Of a stretch of DNA of 64,000 bases, positions 48,649-60,804 are shown in pieces. Source of the stretch: Amphiscolops sp. MND2022 (Eukaryota); the NCBI GenBank assembly GCA_964187785.1, contig OZ076414.1, positions 63,302,001 to 63,366,000 of the forward strand, in the 5' to 3' direction. Position 1 is the first letter of the stretch; the number at the start of each line of letters is the position of its first letter. The position numbers and the translations under genes are program-made. The notes under the pieces were generated by a model. That model made no database searches. It saw only the letters and a program-made list of their open reading frames with translations, and was not told where the DNA came from.

Positions 48649-49227
48649 ACATGTTGCTTGACAGGCAATAAATGAGGTAATGAAGCATCCAATAATGGCA
48701 AACATTCTGAAACTTTTTGTCTTTATCTTCAATTTATGCACGTGCTGGATTTGTGTTGAAATGGGCCCTGATACGCATTGGAAACGTGCATCTTTTTATA
48801 AACTTATTACAACAAAACTATGTTTTCTGCAGAAATTGACAGGTGTGACTAGAGGATGGAGAAAAATCTGAGCGAAGATGCGTAAAAGTTCAGTGTTTAA
48901 AAAACTTTTCTAAAATTTTTCTACTTAAATTCTCTGAAAATTTTGATCAAACATAGCTCCAAAAATATCAGCCATCTCGTAGACTGGCTGAAAATTGCCA
49001 TGAATTAAAAGCTGATTTTATGTATTTTTAGGGAGTCGTTAAAAAAGTAACTGAGGTGAAAATTTTAGTTTGTTTAGTTCGTGTGGATAAAGGAAAAGAA
49101 CCTGCTAAGTTTTCTGTCAGAAAACAGACATCTCTTTTAATGATCTATTTGTGAGAAACATCTATCTTTTAACGCATTAGTGATAAAGTATCCCAGGCCC
49201 AGTTTATCCTCTTTGATTCTCCGTATA

Positions 49228-50536
49228 CAGTCATCGGAATTGAAATCGGGACAAACATTGAACAACGACGCACGAACAAAATTAATTGACAATGAAATTA
49301 ATTAAGCAACCAGTCAAAATTGAAACAGTTCAAAGGTTCAGATAACATTTTTGTCACTCATTGATCTCAAAAAAGATAATTTATTACTTCGTTTCGAGTA
49401 AATTTTCATGGCTCCTCATACTACGTATTCTGTTCGAAAACATACTCTTTGTTTTCTTTTCCAACGAGGCAAAACGCAGCGTGAAATTGCAGACTTGACA
49501 GATACCAGCAAGAGTTCTGTTGATCGAACTATTGTCAAATTCAAAAAAACTGGCAGCATAGGGCCTAAATCACGTACAGGGAGGCGACCCAAAACTAATG
49601 AAAGATCGATTCGAAGTTTGTTAAGGATGGCAACTATTTGGCCCCATCTTTCAGCCCGACAATTGAAAAATGATTAGACAGATGGTCATCTGTATACAGT
49701 TGATAGCGTTGAAAAAGTTCTAAATAAATATGGCTTGAACAGACGCGTAGCTCCAAAGAATTTCAAGGTTAACGCAAGACATCGCCTTTTAAGAAAAAAG
49801 TGGTGTAGTCAAATGTTAAAAAACCTACCCACAGATTTTTCAAAATAAATCGCAACCGACGATTCAGTTTTCGAGCAAGATCCTAAACGGCAGGAGTTTG
49901 CTTGGCGACCGAAAGGACCCGCTGATTTTAGTCGCCGCTCACAGTACTCAGCCAGAAGTACAAACACTAGGAGTCAGTCCAACGTTGATGATCTGGGAGA
50001 AAATTTGGTCTTCGGGTTTCCGATTTCTTGTTATAACCCGCAATTCTTTAGATGGGCCAGCGTACCAAGCACTCATCAACCAGAATTTGTTTCCAATTTG
50101 TGACGAAGACTTCTTCCTGCTCCAAGACAACGCGCCTCCTCATAAATCAGCTTCAAAAATGTCATTTTTGGAAGAAAATGACATAATGTTAGTGTTAGTT
50201 AACGACTGGCCACCTCACTCACCCGACCTGAATGTCATTGAAAACGTATCGAACATGCTCGGTGACAAGCGGGAGGGCAAGGAATTTACACATTTGAACG
50301 CTTTGTGGAGTTTTTCGGAGAAACAATTTTATTTCATTTTATTCCGGACAGCTACATTCAAAAGTTATTTGAATCCATCCCGAGACGGATTCGGGCTGTT
50401 CTCAAACATCGGGGCTATCCCACTAAATACTGACTTTCATTTTGTTTATGTCATCAGCATCTAAAAAGTCTTTAGTGCTAACCTTTTTGTTATATCTACA
50501 AAAAACTCTTTGTCCCGATTTCTTTTCCTGCGACTG
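49228..50536 (+). mobile_element. Degenerate Tc1/mariner DNA transposon
   Basis: TA-flanked imperfect TIRs CAGTC...GAAATCGGGACAAA; HTH ORF 49408-49677; LQDNAPPHKS and WPPHSPDLNVIENV DDE motifs; multiple stops and frameshifts. Confidence 0.92.
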
Positions 50537-51626
50537 TATAACGAACACTAGAAACGACAGATGGTGCCCTTCAGAATTTTTACATTGCGAGATCCTTTTC
50601 CGAAAATAATTCATTGTTACGGAAAGATCTCCTTGGACAATTTTGAATTTTTGATAATTAGGGTCCAAAATAGCCCGCATGGTCCCATATTACTTTTGAA
50701 AATTTTTCAGAATCAGTCGTCTATCAAAACAGGTTTTTAAAACTTTCATTTAGGCGGGCAATCAAGAATCAAAGATGACAATCTTTATGACTCACGGACA
50801 GAAGGTGTCGGAGCCCCAGTGACTCCTGGAGTACACACTACTTAAACTTGACTTGAGTTTCAGTCAACTGTATACTCTGCGGTTTCATGTTATCCTCATT
50901 TGGACATGTAAAATTATTAGTGTTAATGCTCATGTAATTGCATAAACTAAAGCTGTACCAAATACCTACTGCTTGTCAAATTATTGGATCGAATTATCGA
51001 TAGCAGATATGAGAGCGAAATCAAGAGGTAAAAAGAAACGCGTTCAACTAGTGCGGGTCTTGAGTCTGGTTTTGTTAGGTTGCTGAAAATATTAATTTTA
51101 GTTATTATTCTTTGGTTAATCATGTAAATATTTCACGTAAACTATGTATTAGATTGTATTATTGACCCACTTTATCTCAAAATCTAGAAAAAAATGTAAC
51201 GGATTTGCCTGGCATGCATGAAAGCAGCATGGGAAATTTACCAGCAAATTCAACTAAGGTCTGTTTCGGCTGCTTTCATTTTCAACTTCTAAGACAATTC
51301 AATAAAAAAACAACAAATGTTTTTTACCTTTCTTGGAACGTAGCATAACAAATTTACAGATGTGATGTACAGGTGTAATCAAGTACGCATCTCGATGAAA
51401 AGTTTTACAATAAAAAGACGACACTTTGCGAAATGGCGGCGAAGAATATCGACAGAGATGCTGGAAGTAAAGGAGCTCAAATTTTCAAAGAACTAGATTC
51501 TTAGAGATTTAAAACTTACGGTAAGGTTTCTCAAATCCATAATCAACAATAAAAAGTTGAGGATATGTACTCACAACATTCATTTGTAAAATTCAACCGA
51601 AAAATTTTTTGAAAAAATAAAATCTT

Positions 51627-53210
51627 GGAAAGGGACCCATCAAGGAGATCCTGAGTCTCCAGCTTTATTTTCAGATTCCATTCAGAATCTGATTGACAGT
51701 TTGGAGTCGAAAATAAACTAATGGTTCCTCGACGATGGAAATTTAAGTGATGATTACAGAACCGTTGTGAAAAATTTTTAAAAAATTGTTGAAGCGGAAA
51801 AAACGCTGGGACTCAAAATTACAAATTACCCACGAATTGTGAAATTTTCTTCCTTGATAACATCACTGAAAAACGGTGATTGACAAATTTAGCATCTTCC
51901 CGAAAAATCTTAACAAGAATCAAAATAGCAACGAAAGATGAACTTATTCTTCTTGGTTCACAGCTCGGCCCGAAATCGCAGGCAGACTAATTAGAAAAGA
52001 AAATTGATGGCCTAGAACAAATTACTGGATTTGTTGAAAAACTGGTTGCTCATTATGGATTTTTTTGTTGAAAAATTGCTTCAGTCTCCGGTAAATGTTG
52101 TTTCTTAGGAACCAGTACATGTTTTAATCATCCAGCGCTCATGGAAACGAATGACAAAACCGTACGCGACGGGCTTTCCAAAGTGTGTAACGTGAACTTC
52201 GACAATATTTCGAGTACCGAGCTGGCTCTGCCTGCTGAAATGGGTGGTCTTGGGGTTTCAATTGCATCGCTATTAGCGCTTCCCACCTTTTTGGCCCCAG
52301 CTTTTGGTGCGAGTGAATTTCTCACGACCATTTTCTCAGAAGCCTTCGAAGATGTTTCGTTCAATAAAGCGCGCTGTTTTTGACGAAACAACAGGAAAGT
52401 CCTTTCGATGGAACCCAAAAAATTGGACCCAACCTTGCTACGCCAAAACCGCTCAAGAATTATTTCTAGAGTGGATGACAATCGTTCGTAACTTCGGGTC
52501 TCAGTGGCTGAACGTTGTTCTTGTAAGGACCTATGCCTGAAACCTGATGATCAGCAGCTCCGGATTTCGAAAGCTTTACGTCTCGGAGCCAACATCTGTG
52601 TTGCGCATACGTGCCACTGCGGTTACAGAGTTGAACGGGACTGTTTACACGGTCTTTCTTGCACCAAGAGTGCTGGCCGCTCACGTCATGCTACTCTCAA
52701 TTCTCTCATAAAGCAGGCTTGGGGATCTCGTGACTTGCCTTCAATGCTCGAGCCGCGTGGACTGTGCCGAACTGATGGCAAACGCCCAGACTGTGTTACC
52801 ATGATTCCTAGGAAATGGGTAAACAGCTGGTGTGGGATGTCATGTTTGTGGATGCTCCTGCACCCAATCGCCTGAATCAAGGCTCCTTATGCAACTAGGG
52901 AACCACCGACATCGAGGCTGAAGCGCGTAGGATTGAGTAGGTATAAGAGCGCGTAAGTATCGCGAATTAATAGACAATGGATATATTTTTCGACCGGTGG
53001 CGATGGAAGTACAAGGTTTTGTAGGCGAGAGCAGTGACATTTTCATCATGCGTCTCTGTAAAATGCCCTGTCGTTCGCACGACGATCAACGAGTTGGCAG
53101 TTTTTTGAAGCAACGAATCTCAATGACTCTTCCTATCGGCAATGCGGCCTGTGTTCTAGGATCTGTGAGCGACATAAATGTCTTTGAAGAAATTTATTAC
53201 ATATAGTCAT
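51627..53210 (+). mobile_element. 5'-truncated, degenerate non-LTR retrotransposon with restriction-like endonuclease (CRE-like)
   Basis: Fragments QGDP..PALF, WFLDDGN, GGLG, CHCG...HGLSC...RHATLN knuckle, KRPD, PVAMEVQG, QRISMTLPIGNAACVLGS. Confidence 0.8.
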
Positions 53211-54499
53211 TTTTTAAACCTGTATATAATTGCAGCTTTTTTGAAACTTGTTTTTACTGGCCGACTGGGATAGTGGCTGGTATGAGTAGTTGGTTGGTTG
53301 TTTCTAGTTGTTACTGGTCTATTGGGATAGTGGCTGGTATGGTTTCCTCCTTTCGATGCAGACCACTGGTGTGTGTCTTCTCCTCCAACATGATGACACA
53401 CATGGAACTTGATTAATGACGACCATCCATGATTTCTGATAGTGGAAAAAAAGCAAACAAATTCTGTCAAAAAAAAACGATTGTTAAAAAGCACTGCCAG
53501 CTGTGATTTTGGAGAAATTGTCACAATTTGTAACAATGTATCACAATTACGCGATGTGAAGTGCGTTGGTTAAAAATGTTTTTCTTATTCAGATTTTTGA
53601 TGCATGCGCTTTGCGCTGGTGATTTTTATGTACGAGTTTAATCAAGAAAAGAAATATAATTCTCAATTCACTTTCGATTTACTTTCTGAAGTAATTATGT
53701 GAGTTCGATCAGAATAATTATAAGTCTCAATTATAGTCTAATTTGTGAACTCTTAGTTCACTTCTCGTCTAATTTCTAATTCCAAATCTAAAAGTAGTCT
53801 CGTACTTAAAATTTTCGCGACTGTGCCTTCCTACACTTCAACAAAGGTAGTCTCAGGTGTGAGTTCGGATGGAAGGACTTTATTTCTACGACCCGTGAGA
53901 AAAGTGTATTTTGGACTATGAATATGTAAATTGAATCTTTCTTTATTTATATTAAAGTTGTAATAAATGTCACTCATACAAAAGCAAAGTGCACAAATAA
54001 GCATGAACAAAAAGAATATAATTAAATCAAACTTGAAATCTATCTTTAAATAATAAGAGATAAGTTGTTAGAAAAAGAATTAGTTATTAAGTCGTTTTAT
54101 GTTTTACCAGATCAAGAGGTGAAGCCTCTTTATAAGATGCAGCGATAGCTTGCAAGGTGTTTATAGTCCACTGATTGTCACGGACTGAAAAGAGAGCTAC
54201 TTGCTTCTCTTGATTAAAGGACAACAGATTGTTGTACTGGTTTTATAGAGTGCTATACGGCTACTCTTTGTCTCAAATTGAGAACAGTTCGACTTGAAGA
54301 GTCAAACAAAAACTAAGTTATTTAAGTCTCTTATAACCCAGCTGAAGCTATGGTTCTTGGTTTAGAGTCAGTATATCTACCAGACTTTAGTTTAGAGTCT
54401 ACTATAAAGCAGAGACTTTTCAATCTTTGTTAAACAAAGACGGTATGATAGCTTCTGTTCGAAGTCAAAAGTCAATTAGAACTCCAACGTAAGAGAAGA

Positions 54500-54985
54500 T
54501 TTGCTTTAACGATGAAAGCAGATTTTTGTTTTGTTTTAGATTGAAAATATTATAAGACTAAGACTTAGCTTGCCTTTACTTGAAGGCGGATTAGCAAATA
54601 GTTAAAGATTTAAATTGCTTCAATATTAAAGCAGAGTTAAAAAGCTTAAGACTTAACTTGTTTTGGCTCGGAAATATGCTAAGATAAAAATGCTTTACTT
54701 GAAAGCACGTTGGAAATAGTCTAAGACAAATTTGCTTTAACTAGAAAGCAGGCTTGACAAAAGTTTAAGTTAAAATTGCTTCACTCGAAGCAGAGTTGAA
54801 AATCGTCTAAGACAAATTTGCTTTAACTAGAAAGCAGGCTTGACAAAAGTTTAAGTTAAAATTGCTTCACTCGAAGCAGAGTTGAAAATCGTCTAAGACA
54901 AATTTGCTTTAACTAGAAAGCAGGCTTGACAAAAGTTTAAGATAGATTTGCTTTACTTGAAGCAGTGTTGAAAATAGTCTAAGAC
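54500..54985. repeat. Tandem repeat: ~43-bp subunits, two exact 86-bp dimers (54719-54890)
   Basis: GTCTAAGACAAATTTGCTTTAACTAG recurs at 54719, 54805, 54891. Confidence 0.9.
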
Positions 54986-55258
54986 AAGACTGAGCCAAAA
55001 CTTATAAAACTTTAAGAAGGTTGAAAACTTAGGCAAAAAGCACATAGACTAAAATGAGTTAAAGTTAAAGTTGAGAAAATATCTTAGAAAAATGAAAGCT
55101 CCAAAAAGAAAATTGAAATGGTTTAACTAACAAATGTTGCGCCGCGCTGAAGATGGGGATTGAACCCGTGAATGAAGATTGTAGAGTTGAAGATGAGTGA
55201 TTTATCAATTTAGTATTTTGCCAAAGGAAGAGCTCTAAGAGTTGAAAATTTGGTCTGC

Positions 55259-55431
55259 TTTTATACTAAATTTGACCGCTTCGTCAACCAGTAAAATTGA
55301 ATCACTGTTGTGATTGGTTGACGAGCATGACGTCATATGACGTCAAGTCATATGATCTGACATACGAGATCATTTTGTATGTGTATTTCGTGGGCGAAGC
55401 GTCCACGAGAAAATGATGTCATTTGACGTCA
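55259..55431 (-). promoter_or_regulatory. LTR core promoter: three CRE palindromes, CCAAT box, TATA box
   Basis: TGACGTCA at 55328, 55338 and 55424; CCAAT (minus) 55313-55317; TATAAAA (minus) 55259-55265. Confidence 0.7.
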
Positions 55432-55702
55432 TGACCAAATATGGAATGTAACCAGCGTCGCTGGACAAAGGGAGTGAACACGTTCGAGCGTGTTCAGAAT
55501 TCAGAGCTGAGTGAGAAAATAACAAAGATAAAACTGCGCAAGTCACAAAAGATAAAACTACATGTTACAAGTTTTGAGTTTATTTCTTTTTGAGTTATCG
55601 TAGTAAGTTTCTTTCTTTTTATTTGCCATAAGTCGCACACGACATCTCACCCGGGTTTCAAGATTGAAGAAATTGTAACAGGGGTACACAGGTTGTTGGC
55701 GT

Positions 55703-57148
55703 TCATGTTGATTCTTCTAGGTTAACTTCGATGAACATAGTGTCATTCAGGATGAATGGGGAGTTGCTTTTGAAGAGTTGGCTGTGTGGGATCAGGAAGG
55801 GGAAGCATATGCTCGGGTTCCCATAGCTTGTACAAGGTCGTATAAAACAAGCTGAATTTTGGTTGTCTTTTGGATCTACTATTTTAGTCCAGGTATCATT
55901 AGGCTCACTCAAATTGATTACATTAATTCGGAAGATTAATTTGAAAGGCCAGGAGAGAATTGGGTCGAACTCGCCAGGAAGGATGTTAATAACTAGTGAA
56001 GCACTCTCTCCAGTAGCAGGAGAGCATCCATAAGGGTAGAGTTTCATATCAAAGCGATACCCATGAGTTGATGTGTAGAATGGAGGGCTGTGAAAATTAC
56101 AAGGTATTTTTGGGTGCGGGTCGACGCCTTTTTGCCTTTCTAGTTCTGCAGCCTTTGCGTTATCAAACATAAGGCTGAAGGAGCTAATTCTCCAGATTAG
56201 CTTTTTGTCTCGTCCACAATCAATGCTGTGAATACGATCATAAAGATCCATTGTTAGACGTTTGAGGGGTTTCAGTTCAGCAAGTCGTCGGTGTATATCT
56301 GTTGATTCGGGCTCGGTTGAAGAAGGGATAGGAAGAGGAGTATTTACAGGTTGTTCAACAGTAGGTGTTATTATCTTCTTTTGAAGGTTTTCGACGACAA
56401 TTTGGAGTTGCTGAATGGTTCTGTCCTGTTGTCTTCGTAGGTTCTTTTCAAGCTCAAGTTGCTCGAAGAGGTTTGCAACTTGCAATTGTGTTGCGTGTAT
56501 GTATTGAGCATGTTTAAGATTGCTGAGTGGGAACTTGCTAATGAGCATCTTCATCTGGGCAAGGTCGCTGTCGGTGCATGTAGGTTGGCTGAGATTTGTT
56601 ATTTGATTTTGTAGTGTTGTAATTTCATTTTCCATGGCGGCTAATCTAAGGTTGAGCTCATCTAATAATTGTTCTTCATTTTGTTTTCAAATGAAAGCAG
56701 AGATAGCCCGAAGGGGTACTGATAGCCTCTGGTTTTTAAGAACGGTGTTTTCAATAGTAAATTCTTGTCTTTTTGAGTCCCAGAAAATAATTCTCCACTG
56801 ATTGACTTCTTTTTTGAGAGTATAGTTGAGGTTATAATGAAATCTGGGGTTTCTGGTTATCGAGTATTTTTGAGCAGCTTTTTCGCTTCTTTTTTGCTTT
56901 TCTAAAGCTTGTTTCAATGAGTATTGTGTTTTCTTCTTTTTAATACTACCGTTAAAGACAAATGTATTAGAGCTATTCGGAGGGGTAACAGTGGCGTCTA
57001 AAATTGTTTGATTGAGTGGTAGTTGAGGAATAGGAGATTCACATGAAGTGAGGTCAAACATTGGAAAATCGAGTATGTCCTTCTCTGTTAGAGTGTCTTT
57101 TGAAAGATGAAGTTCCAGATCTGACGAAAGAGAGGTGTGGTCGGTCAT
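55703..57148 (-). CDS. TRAF-like protein (N-terminal region + coiled coil + MATH/TRAF-C domain), ~481 aa, one in-frame TGA at 56687-56689
   Basis: KLIWRISSFS, HSPPFYTSTHGYRFDMKLYPYG, GEFDPILSWPF, SACFIRP, NDTMFIEV match the TRAF MATH consensus. ORFs 57148-56687 and 56635-55703 share a frame with 17 open codons between; intronless. Confidence 0.85.
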
Positions 57149-57174
57149 TTCTTGCTAAAAATAGAATACAAAAG

Positions 57175-59310
57175 TTAAATTGGTGATATTGTATCTAATC
57201 GATTAGATGCTGGCAGACAATTTATGACGGGGTAGATGTGTTCAGAAGCATCTTGATTGTCGGTACTGAATGTTGTCATGGGAATATCTTTTGTAGTAGG
57301 ATTGAACATTGAATGGGAGATTGAAACCATAAAAAGATTATAACTTGCTGATAGTAGAATTTTACCAAATCCAACAGATGCTCCAGTAAGTCGGTGTATT
57401 TCAAAGGCTCTGACAATAGTTACTGTCACATCAATAATTAGTTTTATAAAAAGGAAAACTGCAAACCAAATACCACATTTTTCTAGCCAATATCCAATTG
57501 TGCCAAATGTTTGTCTAAATTTGCTTTCGAAGTAACCAGGAGATATCATGTTATCAACAAAGAAATCCATTTTGGGTGCGTAGTATGTATATCCTTCAGG
57601 TCCTTTCTTTGATTGTGAAGGAACAATGAGCTTTCTTGTGAATTTCTGCAAAGCATTCTTTGATGCAGAACTCATGAGTATGTTGTCCCAAAATTCAGTT
57701 AGCTGGCCTTTCGTGTACATTCCAGCGTTGATTGATTGAGGGAACTGGTCCCTTGTGAATGGTGCTACATCTTTTGGCGAAAAGATAGCAGGTCTATCTC
57801 TATGTGTGATCTGTGGTGTTAGTGAGAACCAAGAGTTCTTATCGTCCATGTCCATTTGAAAAAGGTTCTTTATGTGATCCGAACAGTTCTGAGGCATTGC
57901 ATCAGGTAAAGTTTGCCTTGTGATGGGATCTACAAATTTGATTTGTCCTTTGTAGAAGATAGGTATTTTATCGTAGCACTCGTTCATCGTATGAAGAGGT
58001 GATTTGACTAGGGGACAAGAGTAAAGCCATGCAAGGCTTCCATCAGTTTCTAAGAACATTGATCTGTTTCCAGTCAACATATATCCAGCTAGTCTTGAGT
58101 TCTCAAGTGAAAGCATCAGAATAGTGAGTATGTGCGATCGTTCTTGTTCACACTGATTTTTCAAAAGATGAAGTTCTGAGGCTTTGAGTGCTCTGGAGCT
58201 CTCAAAGAAAAGGTAGTCCAGTTTAGTTCCCTGTTGTAATTCGTAGTCCATGTTCAACCATGTTCCATAGTATGGGTCTGATTGATAGTTACTAGCAACC
58301 CAGAGTTTACTATGGCCTGGGTCATCTCTTTCTTGATCATAAGGGGAATAGTGCATCTTGTGAACTCTGTCCTCTTGTTGAATCATATTTCGTCCAGTTT
58401 TCATGTCAAATCCACCATAAAGGATAGCAACAAACAAAGATTCATAGGTTGTAGGATATACATCTGATGGTTTATTACAAAGTTTTTGTGGTCTGTTTTT
58501 GATTTCAAAGAGATATTTGTTTTCTGAATCGTTCTTACTAACAATATAGTATTGATCGTCATTTTTGATCATATTTACGTACTCCTCTTTCAGTACGGTG
58601 AGAATACAATTGTCTGGATTATCCCATACATAAGCATATGGGTCAAGAGAAGTGCTGTCACATCCCAGTTCGTCTAGCTTGCAGGGTAGAGGTTGTCCAT
58701 TTTTATTCATTATAGTCCCGTCTCTGAGTTTGACGTTCAGAGTAATATCTTGGATGTGAGTTTCAAAAGTGTCTTTTTCAATCCATTCAAAACCATCGCA
58801 TTCATTTTTGAATGTGTCGTCTGCATCGCCATTCCATCTAAGATGTTGTTCAATTATCCCTTTCTTCATTGTAATTTGATGATTTAGTAGAGTTATTGGT
58901 GATCCTTCAGCTACAAGTCTGCATTGTGCAGGCGATAAATCGAGATAGGAGGTAATCGTCTTTTGTTTGATATCGATGCTGGAATGGTCATGCATTCCAC
59001 AATAGAATCTGTTTCTTTAATGTTTGACGCTGCATATGGTAGCGTTAATTTCTGTTCGAAAATGTTTTGTGTACATCTTGACTTTGGCATGGCTCATGTC
59101 TATGTTCTCAGGAGCCACGTTACAAGGTTTGACTTGGTTGAGAGAGTAGAGATTGTTTTCTGACATTTCACTGCAATCGTAATGTGAGACTGTGACTGTA
59201 GGTGCGATATCATCCAGTATGGGCTGCTTCTTGTTGGGGTAGATGAGATTTATTGAAAGCATCAAAATGAAAATAACAAAATATTTACAGTATATCTTTT
59301 CACTATCCAT
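57175..59310 (-). CDS. env: Envelope glycoprotein, chuvirus-G-like (class III fusogen type), ~711 aa, one in-frame TAA at 59017-59019
   Basis: N-terminal hydrophobic signal, HYDC...YSLNQVKPC, FYCGMHDHSS, many Cys, C-terminal TM (CGIWFAVFLFIKLIIDVTVTIV). The two track ORFs are in frame with 7 codons between. Confidence 0.8.
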
Positions 59311-59583
59311 TATCTACTAATGAAAACGGTACTCCGAAAATACTATAAAGGGTTTAGGAATAGAAAGGTAGACTTGCTAACCTTGAGATGAAGAGAGTAT
59401 TTTGCTTTCGATGAAGCAGTGAGAAGGGCGGTTTTGCTTTCAATAGAGCAGCGAGAAATCTGTAGCACTTGGCAATACAGGTGATTTGTTCAAATTGAAC
59501 TGAAAAGAGAGCAAGAATGAATTCTGCTGAAAATTGACAATTTAGTCAAAGACAAGTGGATGATAGTCCTTTTCGTTGTAAAT

Positions 59584-60312
59584 ACACGTCTAAATACCGT
59601 GTCTTCCCGCTTAAGAAAAGTGTTCTGTTTGAAACAGACAAAAGTGAGTAGTAGCGAGGAGTTATTTATAGACGGCAGAGTTTGACACTTAGGTCTTTAC
59701 CGTCTCTTCTTGCAAGGTAATGTAGCACACGTCTAAAAACCGTGTCTTCCTGCTAAAGAAAAAGGATCTCTTTGAGACCAAGAAGAAAGGAAAATAAGAG
59801 CAGGGAGTTATTTATAGACGGCAGAGTTTGATACTGAGATCTTTACCGTCTCTTCTTGCCTGAGAAAGAGAGAGTTTAAAAAAAAGTTAAATAAAGGCAA
59901 GGTTACACGTCCAAAACCCGTGTCTTCCTACCAAAAGAAAAAAGTGATCTGATTTGCCAGTTCAGAACAATGAAAATAATAAAGGTAGGGAGTTATTTAT
60001 ACACGGCAGAGTTTAATGCAAACCGTCGTTTGATCTTTACCGTGTCTTTGTCAAAGTTTGTGACAAAAATTATAATATACGTCTATACACCGTATCTTCG
60101 TTGAGCTATGCAACGGAGTTATTTATACACGGCAGAGATTGATGCTGAGATCGTTACCGTGTCTTCTTGCAAGGATAAAATTGAATACGCACGTCCAAAA
60201 CCCGTGCCTTCCTGCTGATAAGAACTGATCTGATTTAGATCAAAAAAGAAAAAGAGCAGGGAGTTATTTATACACGGCAGAGTTTGATACTGAGATCTTT
60301 ACCGTGTCTTGC
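59584..60312. ncRNA. Array of five structured repeat units (three hairpins + fixed TTATTTAT linker) of unknown function
   Basis: Units start at 59584, 59727, 59905, 60077 and 60189; compensatory substitutions in all three stems (see findings). Confidence 0.7.
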
Positions 60313-60405
60313 ACCTAAAAAGAAGAAGTTGAATGAAAGGTTTAATTAATCACAGTACACAGTATTAAAATGAAAAGATAAAATGAAAAGATGAACGGAT
60401 GTAGA

Positions 60406-60804
60406 TTAGTTCGGCAGGCTGAGGATTTCTTCTACCTTTGACTTGTAAAACTCTTCAAAGGAGCCAAGTCCAGATTCCATAAAACAAGATAGTTCGTCCA
60501 AAAGGGGTAGGTCGAAGGTTTGTATTTCTGATGCTGAATTGTCTAAGTGGAGTGAGATGGCAATGGCTAGTTCGGCAAAGAATTTAGTTTCTTCTTCTAC
60601 TTTAATAAAGACTTTCGTCAGAGGATCTAATAGTTTATGTCCTTTTACTGTTAGCCAGAATTGGTGTTGGTACGACCACTGTAGTTGTTTTACTATTAAT
60701 ACTTCAGGACTTTCGATGGGGTCGACTAGATTATAAATTGATACAGGTAGATAAAGTGAAATTGTTTCAATTTCGTCTTCTTCTCAGAGATTGTGGATGA
60801 ACAT
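60406..60804 (-). pseudogene. Small ORF paralog 3 (132 codons, in-frame TGA at codon 7)
   Basis: MFIHNL*EEDEIETISLYLPVSI...LIVKQLQWS...LLDELS aligns with the 117- and 106-aa ORFs. Confidence 0.65.

Larger units (their letters stand above)
53698..55680 (-). repeat. Probable 3' LTR of element F
   Basis: Begins TGTTACA on the minus strand 23 nt after the last ORF stop; contains CRE/CCAAT/TATA promoter, AATAAA near 53948-53953 and tandem repeats. Outer end uncertain (53698 or ~53860). Confidence 0.55.

Noticed and set aside
53265-53345. Short direct repeat GGGATAGTGGCTGGTATG x2 and ORF 53207-53536
   Set aside because: Local low-complexity duplication; the ORF has no ATG start or motif.
59584-60312. 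CRISPR array or known self-cleaving ribozyme
   Set aside because: Units are 145-185 bp composite repeats in a eukaryotic retroelement with no cas genes. No CUGANGA/GAAA core, and no pistol or HDV pseudoknot pairing could be found by eye.
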